Assembly (NCBI GenBank): GCA_964540055.1
Contig: CAZILC010000002.1
Span: 5,663-69,662 of the forward strand
Direction of reading: 5' to 3'
Length of the DNA stretch: 64,000 bases
Source of the DNA: an uncultured Gammaproteobacteria bacterium
Lineage (GTDB): Bacteria; Patescibacteriota; Microgenomatia; Levybacterales; UBA12049
Positions 11,084-19,129 of the stretch are shown here, one piece after another. How positions within the stretch are numbered: the stretch's first letter is position 1; every line of letters begins with the position of its first letter. The position numbers and the translations under genes are program-made. A model generated the notes under the pieces. The model was not told where the DNA came from. It saw nothing but the letters and a program-made list of their open reading frames with translations, and did no database searches.

Positions 11084-12034
11084 TTAAACTTTAAATTCCT
11101 TCAAAACTTCCCTATCCTTTTTCACAAATGTTTTCTTAGCCCGATATCTCGAGTCTTTAACACGATCCATTTGCATAAGCGCCATAAATAATCCTTGAAA
11201 AAATACCCAGTCTTTTCTTTTCAGAGCTGTCGCCAAATGATACGGCATCCATAAAAAATGTGAAATAAGCAAATTTCTATCGGTAATATTTTTCCAAACA
11301 AAGAAAAATTGATTTCGGTAAACTATTTTTTGAACAAATTTGGGCTTGAATTTGGTCTTAATTGCGCCTTCCTCATGCTCATGCACCACAACACTTTTTT
11401 TCTCAAAAATAAGCTTGTATCCGGACTTTAATGCTCGATAAGAAAGGTCTATATCTTCCCAATAAAATGGATTATACAACACATCAAGGCCACTTAATTT
11501 ATCCCAGATTCGTCTTCTCATTGCACTTGAGCCACCGCTAACCCAGAAGGTATTCGATTTATCCAACTCGCCTGCATTATGGAAAACAAATCCCCGGTGC
11601 CAATAGCCAACTCCCCGTCCTCGAAGGACAGTTTTGCCCTCTTCAATACTCTCATCCATACACCCAACAGCAAATACTTTTTCATCCTCAAAATGCGCAA
11701 GCAAAGGCTCCAGAAAATCTTTATGCGGCCTGACATCATTATTGAGCAAAACTAAAATATCTCCCGTTGCCATTGCGACACCTCGGTTTACATTTTTTGA
11801 AAATCCTGATTCTTCTTTTTTGAAATTATCTACAGTTTTGCCGACAATCCCTGTGTCTTTCAGCGAATCAATAAATGAAGCGATAACTTCTTTTGATTTA
11901 TCTGTTGACGGATCATTTGGAATAATAATTTCAACTTTCCCTTTATGATGCTTTACAGCAGCCAAAACGTGAGGAAGATTCTTATTCAAAATTTTTTCAC
12001 CATTATAATTAGGAATAATAATACTAATATTCAT
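11084..12034 (-). CDS. family 2 glycosyltransferase
   Basis: 316 aa with 'ISIIIPNYNG' and 'LLNNDVRP'. Confidence 0.85.
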   Translation of the reverse strand: MNISIIIPNYNGEKILNKNLPHVLAAVKHHKGKVEIIIPNDPSTDKSKEVIASFIDSLKDTGIVGKTVDNFKKEESGFSKNVNRGVAMATGDILVLLNNDVRPHKDFLEPLLAHFEDEKVFAVGCMDESIEEGKTVLRGRGVGYWHRGFVFHNAGELDKSNTFWVSGGSSAMRRRIWDKLSGLDVLYNPFYWEDIDLSYRALKSGYKLIFEKKSVVVHEHEEGAIKTKFKPKFVQKIVYRNQFFFVWKNITDRNLLISHFLWMPYHLATALKRKDWVFFQGLFMALMQMDRVKDSRYRAKKTFVKKDREVLKEFKV

Positions 12035-12040
12035 AAATTG

Positions 12041-12298
12041 TTAAACACCAAACAAAAAGAGCATCAAAACCGTTCCTAAAATGACAATTAAAATATACTC
12101 AACAACTACTCGGACGTGCAGTTGATGATGGACATAATGATGGACCATCGACCAGAAAAAATAAAGAAAGGCAATCATAAGTACCAGCATTGCCTGCAAA
12201 TTCGAATTCCCCCGAGTAGTCACCAAAAGCACAATACCTGTGCCAAATATAACCAAATAAACCAGATAATGCCAAAAATGCTTCTTAATATTTTCCAT
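12041..12298 (-). CDS. small membrane protein, unknown function
   Basis: 85 aa with three hydrophobic segments and the His-rich stretch 'MVHHYVHHQLH'. It is packed tightly between a GT2 gene and the CAP-domain gene. Confidence 0.5.
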   Translation of the reverse strand: MENIKKHFWHYLVYLVIFGTGIVLLVTTRGNSNLQAMLVLMIAFLYFFWSMVHHYVHHQLHVRVVVEYILIVILGTVLMLFLFGV

Positions 12299-12299
12299 A

Positions 12300-13247
12300 C
12301 TAGAGAATCACTCCTCTTCCAATAATTATACCTGCTAACAAAATAAACAATAAGTAGAGCATGTGATCAATGTTATGAGAAAAAATTCTGGCTATTTTTT
12401 TGCGTTCAATGATGATTGCATCAACTGCAAATATCAGAACAAAAAAGATGATAAATGCGTAGGAAATGTTTCGTTTGAGACTGCTTGCATCAACAAGTGG
12501 TTGATTTTGCTGCGCAGCTTGGCCGGCGAGCGCTGATGGTTGCCCGATTTGGATATTGCCGACAACAATTTGTGGGGTTGGTGAGATAGTTGGCTGGGCC
12601 AAAGCAGCAACACCAGATGGAGTAGGAGTAATTGAAACTACGCCTGATGGTAGTGGGTTTTGTTTTACCGTTCCATCCGCGTCATAAGGGCTTCCAAATT
12701 CTTGCACAACAAGCGTTGTGTCCGTACCGGTAAGTGATCCATCCTCAATCGCAAACCCGATATCAGTATAATTAGGGGACAGCATATTTGCCCGGTGCTC
12801 AGGGCTATTCATCCATGCGGTAACAACTGCAGAACTACTGTCAAATCCCCGTGCTAGATTTTCACCTGCATACAAATAATCATATCCTGAATCCTTGATA
12901 AATACCCACGGCGTTGTCCCATCAGGGGAGACATGTGCCCAATAATCTTTGGCAAACATATCATCTGCTTTCATTTGAGCAGCATGGGTAAGTTCGGGAT
13001 TAAGCGTTAATGGAGCTAGACCGTTTGATTCGCGCTGTAGATTGGTATATTTCAATAGATCCGAAACCGTAATTGCACTTGTCGAGTCACCCAAAACCGC
13101 CGGATATTGCCGATGTGCTCCTTGCATCACGATCAAGCCGGCAACAAGAAAACCAATGACGATAATTAAAAAGTCATGATGCAGGACACGCGCGCGATGA
13201 TTATTGGATTCATGAGGCACGAAAAAATGGTGCAGCAACCGCTTCAT
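12300..13247 (-). CDS. membrane-anchored CAP/SCP (YkwD-like) domain protein
   Basis: 'AHVSPDG', 'GENLARG' and 'WMNSPEHRANML' are CAP-domain motifs. TM helices flank the domain at both termini. The start is moved to the Met at 13247 because the longer extension overlaps the promoter of the next operon. Confidence 0.78.
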   Translation of the reverse strand: MKRLLHHFFVPHESNNHRARVLHHDFLIIVIGFLVAGLIVMQGAHRQYPAVLGDSTSAITVSDLLKYTNLQRESNGLAPLTLNPELTHAAQMKADDMFAKDYWAHVSPDGTTPWVFIKDSGYDYLYAGENLARGFDSSSAVVTAWMNSPEHRANMLSPNYTDIGFAIEDGSLTGTDTTLVVQEFGSPYDADGTVKQNPLPSGVVSITPTPSGVAALAQPTISPTPQIVVGNIQIGQPSALAGQAAQQNQPLVDASSLKRNISYAFIIFFVLIFAVDAIIIERKKIARIFSHNIDHMLYLLFILLAGIIIGRGVIL

Positions 13248-13295
13248 ACTCTCAAGTATAGCACCAAAAAAGTAAAAGCAGTAAATTGAAAAATG

Positions 13296-13324
13296 TGGCA
13301 AAATATCAGTTTATAAGGTACAAT
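13296..13324 (+). promoter_or_regulatory. promoter of orphan B
   Basis: TGGCAA, a 17-nt spacer, then TACAAT (13319-13324). The ATG at 13335 is 10 nt downstream. Confidence 0.35.
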
Positions 13325-13334
13325 ACGGGCACTC

Positions 13335-13682
13335 ATGGCGAAAAAAGGCGAAGGAATGGGTCATTTTGTCTGGAAGCATAAAGTGCCACTCGCAATTGTG
13401 GCTAGTTTTATAGCAGGTGGTGCCATTGAAGCTTCGAATACCCAAACACCACCTCAGGAAGTTTACAGATGCCTTATTACACCTGATCGATCAGAAGCAC
13501 TTTGTCCTGATGGGACAGTATATATTAGAAATAAAACTATTAAAGTTGGGACAGAAAGAGTCCGCAGGGATGCAGTAACTGGGAATGCTGTAATTATAAC
13601 CCCGACAAATCTTTTTACTGCTACTGGTAAGAATGGGGATTTAAACGTATATCAATCGAGACTTCCGACCTCAAAACCGTAA
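13335..13682 (+). CDS. hypothetical N-terminally anchored protein (orphan B)
   Basis: 115 aa. One TM segment ('VPLAIVASFIAGGAI') is followed by a small domain with a Cys pair ('YRCLITPDRSEALCPDG'). Confidence 0.5.
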   Translation: MAKKGEGMGHFVWKHKVPLAIVASFIAGGAIEASNTQTPPQEVYRCLITPDRSEALCPDGTVYIRNKTIKVGTERVRRDAVTGNAVIITPTNLFTATGKNGDLNVYQSRLPTSKP

Positions 13683-13692
13683 AACTACATCT

Positions 13693-13721
13693 TTGACAAT
13701 AAAAAAAATCTGTGCTATAGA
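13693..13721 (+). promoter_or_regulatory. promoter of orphan C
   Basis: TTGACA (13693-13698), a 17-nt spacer, then TGc-TATAGA (extended -10, hexamer at 13716-13721). The ATG at 13738 is 16 nt downstream. Confidence 0.45.
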
Positions 13722-13737
13722 TTAATCGCGTGGTTAT

Positions 13738-14157
13738 ATGTTTCCGATTGAGCGTGGTGTGCGAATAAAAAGACCCAGGAGCAAAAAAAGAACTGTCGTT
13801 GAAGCAACAGTAGGAGGAGTACTTGTTGCGGGAATTATTACCTTCGAGGCCTATCATTATACGCACACAAATCTCACCCCAACCCAAACTCCCTCAGCAA
13901 GTGCCACATCCTTGGGAGTGGATTGTAAAAAACGCTTTACGATAAGTAACCCCACCGGCACTAAAATTGAAATGCAACTGCCCGGACAAACCAAACCCGT
14001 TAAATTAGACCGAGATATTGGAGGAGGTGGTTGGTATCTTCAAAGCAATCCTAACAAAATTTTCCCCCAAGAAAGTGATAGGTTTTCTATGAAAGTGGGA
14101 ACGCAAACATTTGATGTTTTTCCGTATACCGACCCGCCAGTCGCTTGCAAAACATAA
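13738..14157 (+). CDS. hypothetical N-terminally anchored protein (orphan C)
   Basis: 139 aa. A basic N-terminus and one TM segment ('VGGVLVAGIITF') are followed by a T/P/S linker and a domain bracketed by two Cys ('VDCKK...PPVACKT'). Confidence 0.5.
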   Translation: MFPIERGVRIKRPRSKKRTVVEATVGGVLVAGIITFEAYHYTHTNLTPTQTPSASATSLGVDCKKRFTISNPTGTKIEMQLPGQTKPVKLDRDIGGGGWYLQSNPNKIFPQESDRFSMKVGTQTFDVFPYTDPPVACKT

Positions 14158-14173
14158 GCGAGTATGTTATAGG
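14145..14173 (+). promoter_or_regulatory. promoter of orphan D
   Basis: TTGCAA (14145-14150, inside the 3' end of orphan C), a 17-nt spacer, then TGt-TATAGG (14168-14173). The ATG at 14196 is 22 nt downstream. Confidence 0.35.
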
Positions 14174-14195
14174 TTAAAATTATTTTATATTTACT

Positions 14196-15509
14196 ATGTC
14201 CGGACCTGAAGGATCACCTATACAAACAAATATTCCCCCCTGGTTAGTCCCGATAACGTTTCGTCAAGGAACAACAGATCGCATGAGAGTAAATCTACTA
14301 GCGCGAAGAGATAGAAGAGATACCAATTTGAATGTACAAAAATATTTAGACCGCGAAAGAGGTCTTACCGAAAGTCTTACGAGAGGGGGAGTTCTCTTAC
14401 AACCGGGTCTTGTTATTCCGAAATTTGAAGCTGCGGCATTTGAAGTTGTACAAGCACATCGCCGATTGTCAGAACCAGCTCCACTAAATATTTTGGTGGT
14501 AAATTCTGGAGATCCAACTCATGATATCCGATTACCTGTCAAGCTTGCTGAATCTGCTGGAAGTATACGTTTTCTTAATGATGAAGGTTACGATCCTTTA
14601 TATAGCCAAGAGACAAGAGAAGCATGTCATAGGTTGTATAGACAATGCGATTTTTCCGATATCGCCCTTCGTGAACTTGTAGCAATTCCTAATTCAGGGC
14701 AAAAAGATAGAAGACGATTTGACATAGTACTTGTATATACTGGCAATCCATCACACGCAGCAACTGAACAACTGGCAAAGTATGTTACTGGTTCCTTAAG
14801 TGAAAACGGAAGAGTTGTGATCTCACCTATTGATACCCATGATCTCGGAGAAGATTTACGTACGATAGCGTCAACAAGGGGTTTTAACGCAGTTCCCTAT
14901 GGTAAAACGGTAGTAATTGACTCCCAATCAGCACATGATCCCGTATATGTACCATTAAAATCAGCAACTGACACAGCAACACAAGTCTGGTCATTAGGAC
15001 CGAGTCCCCTATCAGCTCCTGCTGAAGTACGTGATCGTCATAGTCACGGATTTCGTTCTTGGAGTAGACCTACCCAAATTGTTACAGCAAGTCTTATAGC
15101 CGCAGGTTTAGGAGGTCTCGCATTGGTAGCAGTTGATGCAACATCCGGATCAAATGCACCTACTTCACCGGAGTCAAGTAATTCTCAACCTTCTTGTGAT
15201 CCTAACCAAACTGCAGTCCAGCCTAGCCAAGTTGAAGCGAATACTCCCGGACCGAATGAATTTACCTTTATTTTTCAACCTCCAAATCAGCCCGATGTAA
15301 AAGTCGTATTTGAAAGAAAGCAATTAGATATTTCCCAGGGATCAACTGAATATAAATCTGTTCCAGCACGAGTTGGCGCTGCTGAAATTTTACAAACAGG
15401 GACTCTCCAGGTTGGGAAAAATACTTTAACATTTTGCGCAAACAAAAGTAGTATTGCACCTAATACAACGGGTAATAGTAGTACAGCATCGATACCAGGA
15501 GTACGTTAA
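14196..15509 (+). CDS. hypothetical bitopic membrane protein (orphan D); N-terminal domain with a methyltransferase-like motif order
   Basis: 437 aa. The motif order is 'LNILVVNSGDP', then 'FDIVLVYTGNPSH', then 'LSENGRVVISP'. A TM segment ('IVTASLIAAGLGGLALVAV') follows, then an S/P/T linker and a Cys-bracketed C-terminal domain. Confidence 0.55.
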   Translation: MSGPEGSPIQTNIPPWLVPITFRQGTTDRMRVNLLARRDRRDTNLNVQKYLDRERGLTESLTRGGVLLQPGLVIPKFEAAAFEVVQAHRRLSEPAPLNILVVNSGDPTHDIRLPVKLAESAGSIRFLNDEGYDPLYSQETREACHRLYRQCDFSDIALRELVAIPNSGQKDRRRFDIVLVYTGNPSHAATEQLAKYVTGSLSENGRVVISPIDTHDLGEDLRTIASTRGFNAVPYGKTVVIDSQSAHDPVYVPLKSATDTATQVWSLGPSPLSAPAEVRDRHSHGFRSWSRPTQIVTASLIAAGLGGLALVAVDATSGSNAPTSPESSNSQPSCDPNQTAVQPSQVEANTPGPNEFTFIFQPPNQPDVKVVFERKQLDISQGSTEYKSVPARVGAAEILQTGTLQVGKNTLTFCANKSSIAPNTTGNSSTASIPGVR

Positions 15510-15820
15510 TAATCAGCTTCTACCAGCTCTCCTATTTTCTTTCCATTCACCGGGATGCCCAAAAGATTTCCAAGCATATTTGCTATGCTTAAACCTACCC
15601 GAATACCAGTAAAAGATCCTGGTCCAGGATTTACTTCGATTGCAGTCAAATCTTCAACTTTCATTGCATGCTCTTTTAGTAATTCTTCAAGCAATGGCAA
15701 AACAACTTGTGCTTTTCTGGTATCAAGCGTTTGTTTCCGCATAAAATCTTTCCCGTCGATTCGCAATCCGACCAGCATCTCTTTATTATTTGTTGTATCA
15801 ATGATAAGCACGTTTTTCAT
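15506..15820 (-). CDS. tsaB: tRNA t6A biosynthesis protein TsaB, N-terminal half only
   Basis: 'VNPGPGSFTGIRVGLSIANML' is the TsaB/YeaZ hallmark. From the Met at 15820 the product is about 104 aa, whereas the usual length is about 220-230 aa. Confidence 0.7.
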   Translation of the reverse strand: MKNVLIIDTTNNKEMLVGLRIDGKDFMRKQTLDTRKAQVVLPLLEELLKEHAMKVEDLTAIEVNPGPGSFTGIRVGLSIANMLGNLLGIPVNGKKIGELVEADY

Positions 15821-15824
15821 AGTT

Positions 15825-16160
15825 CTAAACAAGTATTTCGAAATAAGTAAGAAGTAAAGCACCATCTCCGGTATTTATCACTTTATGTAATTCACCCGGT
15901 TCAACAGTAATACTCATTCCTTTTTCAATAGGATATTCTTTGCTATTTATTTCCAAAACTCCATTTCCTGATTCGACAAAAAATACCTCATAGAGATCGT
16001 CATGTTTGTGCTCGGCTACCACTTCTCCGGGTTTAAATTTCGCCTGAGCAAATTGTATCAAATGCGGTATTTCTCCCGGTGCGATCATTTGTTTTTTCTC
16101 ACCAGTTGCATTATGTGAAGTTGTTTTAGATGGAATATTTTTAAGTGAATCAATTTTCAT
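15825..16160 (-). CDS. cupin domain protein
   Basis: The cupin His/Glu pattern is 'GEVVAEHKHDDLYEVFFVESG ... ITVEPGELHKV'. The start at 16160 forms an ATGA overlap with the tsaC stop. Confidence 0.75.
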   Translation of the reverse strand: MKIDSLKNIPSKTTSHNATGEKKQMIAPGEIPHLIQFAQAKFKPGEVVAEHKHDDLYEVFFVESGNGVLEINSKEYPIEKGMSITVEPGELHKVINTGDGALLLTYFEILV

Positions 16161-16735
16161 AATTCTAAATGCACCGCACCATGACGCAGAATCTTCCAAG
16201 GATTCACCGTACAATCAATAACGGTTGATGCCTCTTTCGTCCGACATTCCCCTGGAACTACGAAATCAACTTGCCTGATCAAATCTTTATCCAGCGTCTC
16301 AAAGGTATATGGTGTTGGCTCACCGGCAAAATTTGCGGAGGTACCAACTAATGGTATGCCTACGCCAGTAATAAGAGATTGCGCTGTCACATGATCTGGA
16401 GCCCTTACCCCAATAGAAGTCCCTCCACCCCTAACCAAAGCAGGAATCTTGTCAGTTTTACATTCCAGAACAACTGTCAATGCACCTGGCCAGTAAGGTG
16501 TTATTAGTCTTTCAATAACATCGTCTGAGATTTTTTTTAGATATTCCTGTGCCATATGAAGACTTGTTACCAGAACAGGAACAGCTTTTGTTTCTGCTCG
16601 TTTACGAAGCGTAAACAACCGCTTCACCGATTCCTCATTATCTATCCGGCACCCAATTCCAAACGCAGTATCAGTCGGAAAAATAACAATACCCCCTTGC
16701 TTTAAAATTGTAATCGCCTCAGCAATTTGATCCAT
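16157..16735 (-). CDS. tsaC: L-threonylcarbamoyladenylate synthase (TsaC/YwlC)
   Basis: 192 aa with 'GGIVIFPTDTAFGIGC' and 'TSANFAGEP'. Confidence 0.9.
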   Translation of the reverse strand: MDQIAEAITILKQGGIVIFPTDTAFGIGCRIDNEESVKRLFTLRKRAETKAVPVLVTSLHMAQEYLKKISDDVIERLITPYWPGALTVVLECKTDKIPALVRGGGTSIGVRAPDHVTAQSLITGVGIPLVGTSANFAGEPTPYTFETLDKDLIRQVDFVVPGECRTKEASTVIDCTVNPWKILRHGAVHLEL

Positions 16736-16923
16736 GCAAGCATTGTAGCAAATTAATTTTCAATTTTAAATTTTTAATTTTTCCCAAAGAGATCCCTTCG
16801 GGACAATATATGAATTAATTCTTCGATAACTGAAACATTTTTTCATTGCAATTGATTGAAAACTACATTGGAAATTTTTAATGACTGGTTCAATTTCCTT
16901 GACTTACCCCCTTTTACACAGCT

Positions 16924-17511
16924 ATGCTAGAAAAGACTATACCTATGGATCCTGCCCAACAATCTGCAGCCGACTATTACCAAAAACACCGGAAACACAG
17001 CATGTTCTCCCGGATAACTATTATTTCCTCAATGGCAATATTATTAATAGTACTTGCTTTCAATATCAACGCTTTATACGCACAAGACAAAAGTACTAAC
17101 CAATCACATGCATCAACCCCACAAGATATTGAATCAATGCTGCCCTCACTTCCAGCTGGCTGTCAGTATGAGCATGCTGGTGAAAAATTTAAAGTTACTT
17201 GTCAGGCAACCCCAACAATTTCTATAACTGCCAATATCAATGTCACTCTTCCTGAGTTACCCCCGCAATGTAGCTTTGTAACCTCAATATTTGGTCCCAA
17301 AGTGGAATGTGCTCCAACGCACGCGCCAATTCCGACAGTCCCCGTTGCGCTTCCGACTAATTGCACAATTGCAAAAGAGCCACAGACGGTAACTTGTTCA
17401 ACAGCATCAAATCAAACCGAAAAGGACCCATTACCCAATTTACCTGATGGATGTTCCTATCGTTTGGTGGCTAATCAATATTATGTGGAGTGCGTTGCTT
17501 CGGGAAATTAA
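16924..17511 (+). CDS. membrane-anchored protein with four Cys-pair repeats
   Basis: 195 aa. One TM segment ('ITIISSMAILLIVLAF') is followed by four repeats of LPxLPxxC-x10-12-C. The start may instead be the Met at 16945. Confidence 0.6.
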   Translation: MLEKTIPMDPAQQSAADYYQKHRKHSMFSRITIISSMAILLIVLAFNINALYAQDKSTNQSHASTPQDIESMLPSLPAGCQYEHAGEKFKVTCQATPTISITANINVTLPELPPQCSFVTSIFGPKVECAPTHAPIPTVPVALPTNCTIAKEPQTVTCSTASNQTEKDPLPNLPDGCSYRLVANQYYVECVASGN

Positions 17512-17924
17512 CTAAACCGTATCTCTCTTCTTTCATCTTCCAGATAGGTAAAATAAATATTTATCCTGTTTTCGGGTAACACATTCTCAATTTTATCCGG
17601 CCATTCAATAGCCACAATATTCTCTTGTTCTCCCATCAAATCTTTTAAACCCAAATCCACTGCTTGCTCTTCTGTCTCAATCCTGTATAAATCGAGATGA
17701 TACAAATTCTTATTCCCAGCGTTATACGTCCGCATAATGATAAACGTCGGTGAGATTATTTGTCTTTCAATACCCAACCCTTTTGCCAAGCCCTGCATAA
17801 AAGTTGTTTTACCAGATCCCAGGTCACCATACAAAGCCAGCACTTCACCACCGTGCAATTTTTTCGCAAAGTCAAACCCCACCGCTCGAGTCTCTTCAAA
17901 ACTGTTAGTGATAATTTTCTTCAT
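17508..17924 (-). CDS. tsaE: tRNA t6A biosynthesis ATPase TsaE
   Basis: P-loop 'GDLGSGKTTF', 'SPTF' and 'HLDLYR'. The start is moved to the Met at 17924 ('MKKIITNSFEET'). Confidence 0.9.
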   Translation of the reverse strand: MKKIITNSFEETRAVGFDFAKKLHGGEVLALYGDLGSGKTTFMQGLAKGLGIERQIISPTFIIMRTYNAGNKNLYHLDLYRIETEEQAVDLGLKDLMGEQENIVAIEWPDKIENVLPENRINIYFTYLEDERREIRFS

Positions 17925-18204
17925 AAAAACTTTTTTCAAAGCAGAATACCCTGTTTTTTCAGATACAAGAGTATACCACAACCTCCCAGAAGTAAACCGC
18001 CAATACTTAGTGCAATGACTTTGGGCAAATTACTGGTGGCACTTGGCTGTCGGCTTGGGAGTTGTCGTTGGTTTTTCTGTGGGCACAGGAGTTACTGTGT
18101 CCGGGAGCTTGGGCGCACTGTTTGCACTTCCGCGCGTCACGAAATTTAACACCTGAAAAACCCCTGTTGCATCCGGAATCAGGCCAATCGCCACATCTAT
18201 ATAT

Positions 18205-19083
18205 TTATCGCTTTATATCTGTCCCTGTATAATTATTTCTTTTTCTCTGACGGTTTAGTACGGATTTCGCGTCAAGTAAAGGAAGACTCCGTGATGAAAG
18301 CTTATTTATTCTTACAAAATTCCATATAGAGTTGCTATCAGGAGAACGATCTATTTGAACCTCAATATCTCTTGCGTGGTTACGTTTAACAAATGTTTCC
18401 CATTCCGGGATAGAATGAAGCAATCCTGGTGGAATTTGGGCCAGGAATATGCCTCCTACTGCAAGTTGGTCATACCAATACGCTGCCTGTTTTGACAAAA
18501 AAAATGGCTCTCTAGGGAGATCATGTTGAGGCCCCCATAATGTTTCGATAATAAAATTGAGCTTTTTGCCACCAAACCAGTCTTTTGCCTCTTGTCTTGT
18601 CTGATCTTTAAACATATCTCCTCGAATTATTTTATGGTTAAGTACTGCATCATACTCATTTAGTCCATTCATATCCGGCAGACAAATACCTGCTGTTTTG
18701 GCAAAAAAACCTCGAGTGAAACCCGCAAAAAAGCGCCGGCCCTGCCCTCCGAGCTCCAATCCTTGTGCTTCTCCACTATACGGCGCCAAAGTTTTTTCGA
18801 TATAAGTTTTTAAAGGCGAAAGCCAATAACGATCACCAATTTCAATATAATGTTCATTGGGGATTACTCTTCGAAATACAAATGTTTGATTCCTTCCAGA
18901 TCCATCCAATGGTGAATCGTATGTATCGTGAGGGCCCCAAAACATTGGTGTATTTATCCTTCCTGCTATTATCCTTTCCGATCGAGCCTTTTCAGTTTCT
19001 CGAATACCTCTGTGACTGGTCGGATTTATTATATATGAATGGTTTCCTTTGCCTCTTCTCAAAAAATCCGTTTCTGCGGTCAT
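18205..19083 (-). CDS. hypothetical protein (orphan E) with class I SAM-methyltransferase-like motif order
   Basis: 292 aa. The motif order is 'GLELGGQG' (motif I-like), 'GICLPD', 'IIRGDMF', 'LNFIIETLWGP', 'LAVGGIFLAQIPP'. A unique extension of about 100 aa precedes these motifs. Confidence 0.55.
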   Translation of the reverse strand: MTAETDFLRRGKGNHSYIINPTSHRGIRETEKARSERIIAGRINTPMFWGPHDTYDSPLDGSGRNQTFVFRRVIPNEHYIEIGDRYWLSPLKTYIEKTLAPYSGEAQGLELGGQGRRFFAGFTRGFFAKTAGICLPDMNGLNEYDAVLNHKIIRGDMFKDQTRQEAKDWFGGKKLNFIIETLWGPQHDLPREPFFLSKQAAYWYDQLAVGGIFLAQIPPGLLHSIPEWETFVKRNHARDIEVQIDRSPDSNSIWNFVRINKLSSRSLPLLDAKSVLNRQRKRNNYTGTDIKR

Positions 19084-19091
19084 TGTGCAGG

Positions 19092-19100
19092 ATTATAACA
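19092..19100 (-). promoter_or_regulatory. extended -10 promoter of orphan E
   Basis: On the minus strand: TGtTATAAT, then 8 nt (cctgcaca), then the ATG at 19083. Confidence 0.4.
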
Positions 19101-19129
19101 TGGAAAAATCAATTGAGGAATGCGGAGTG

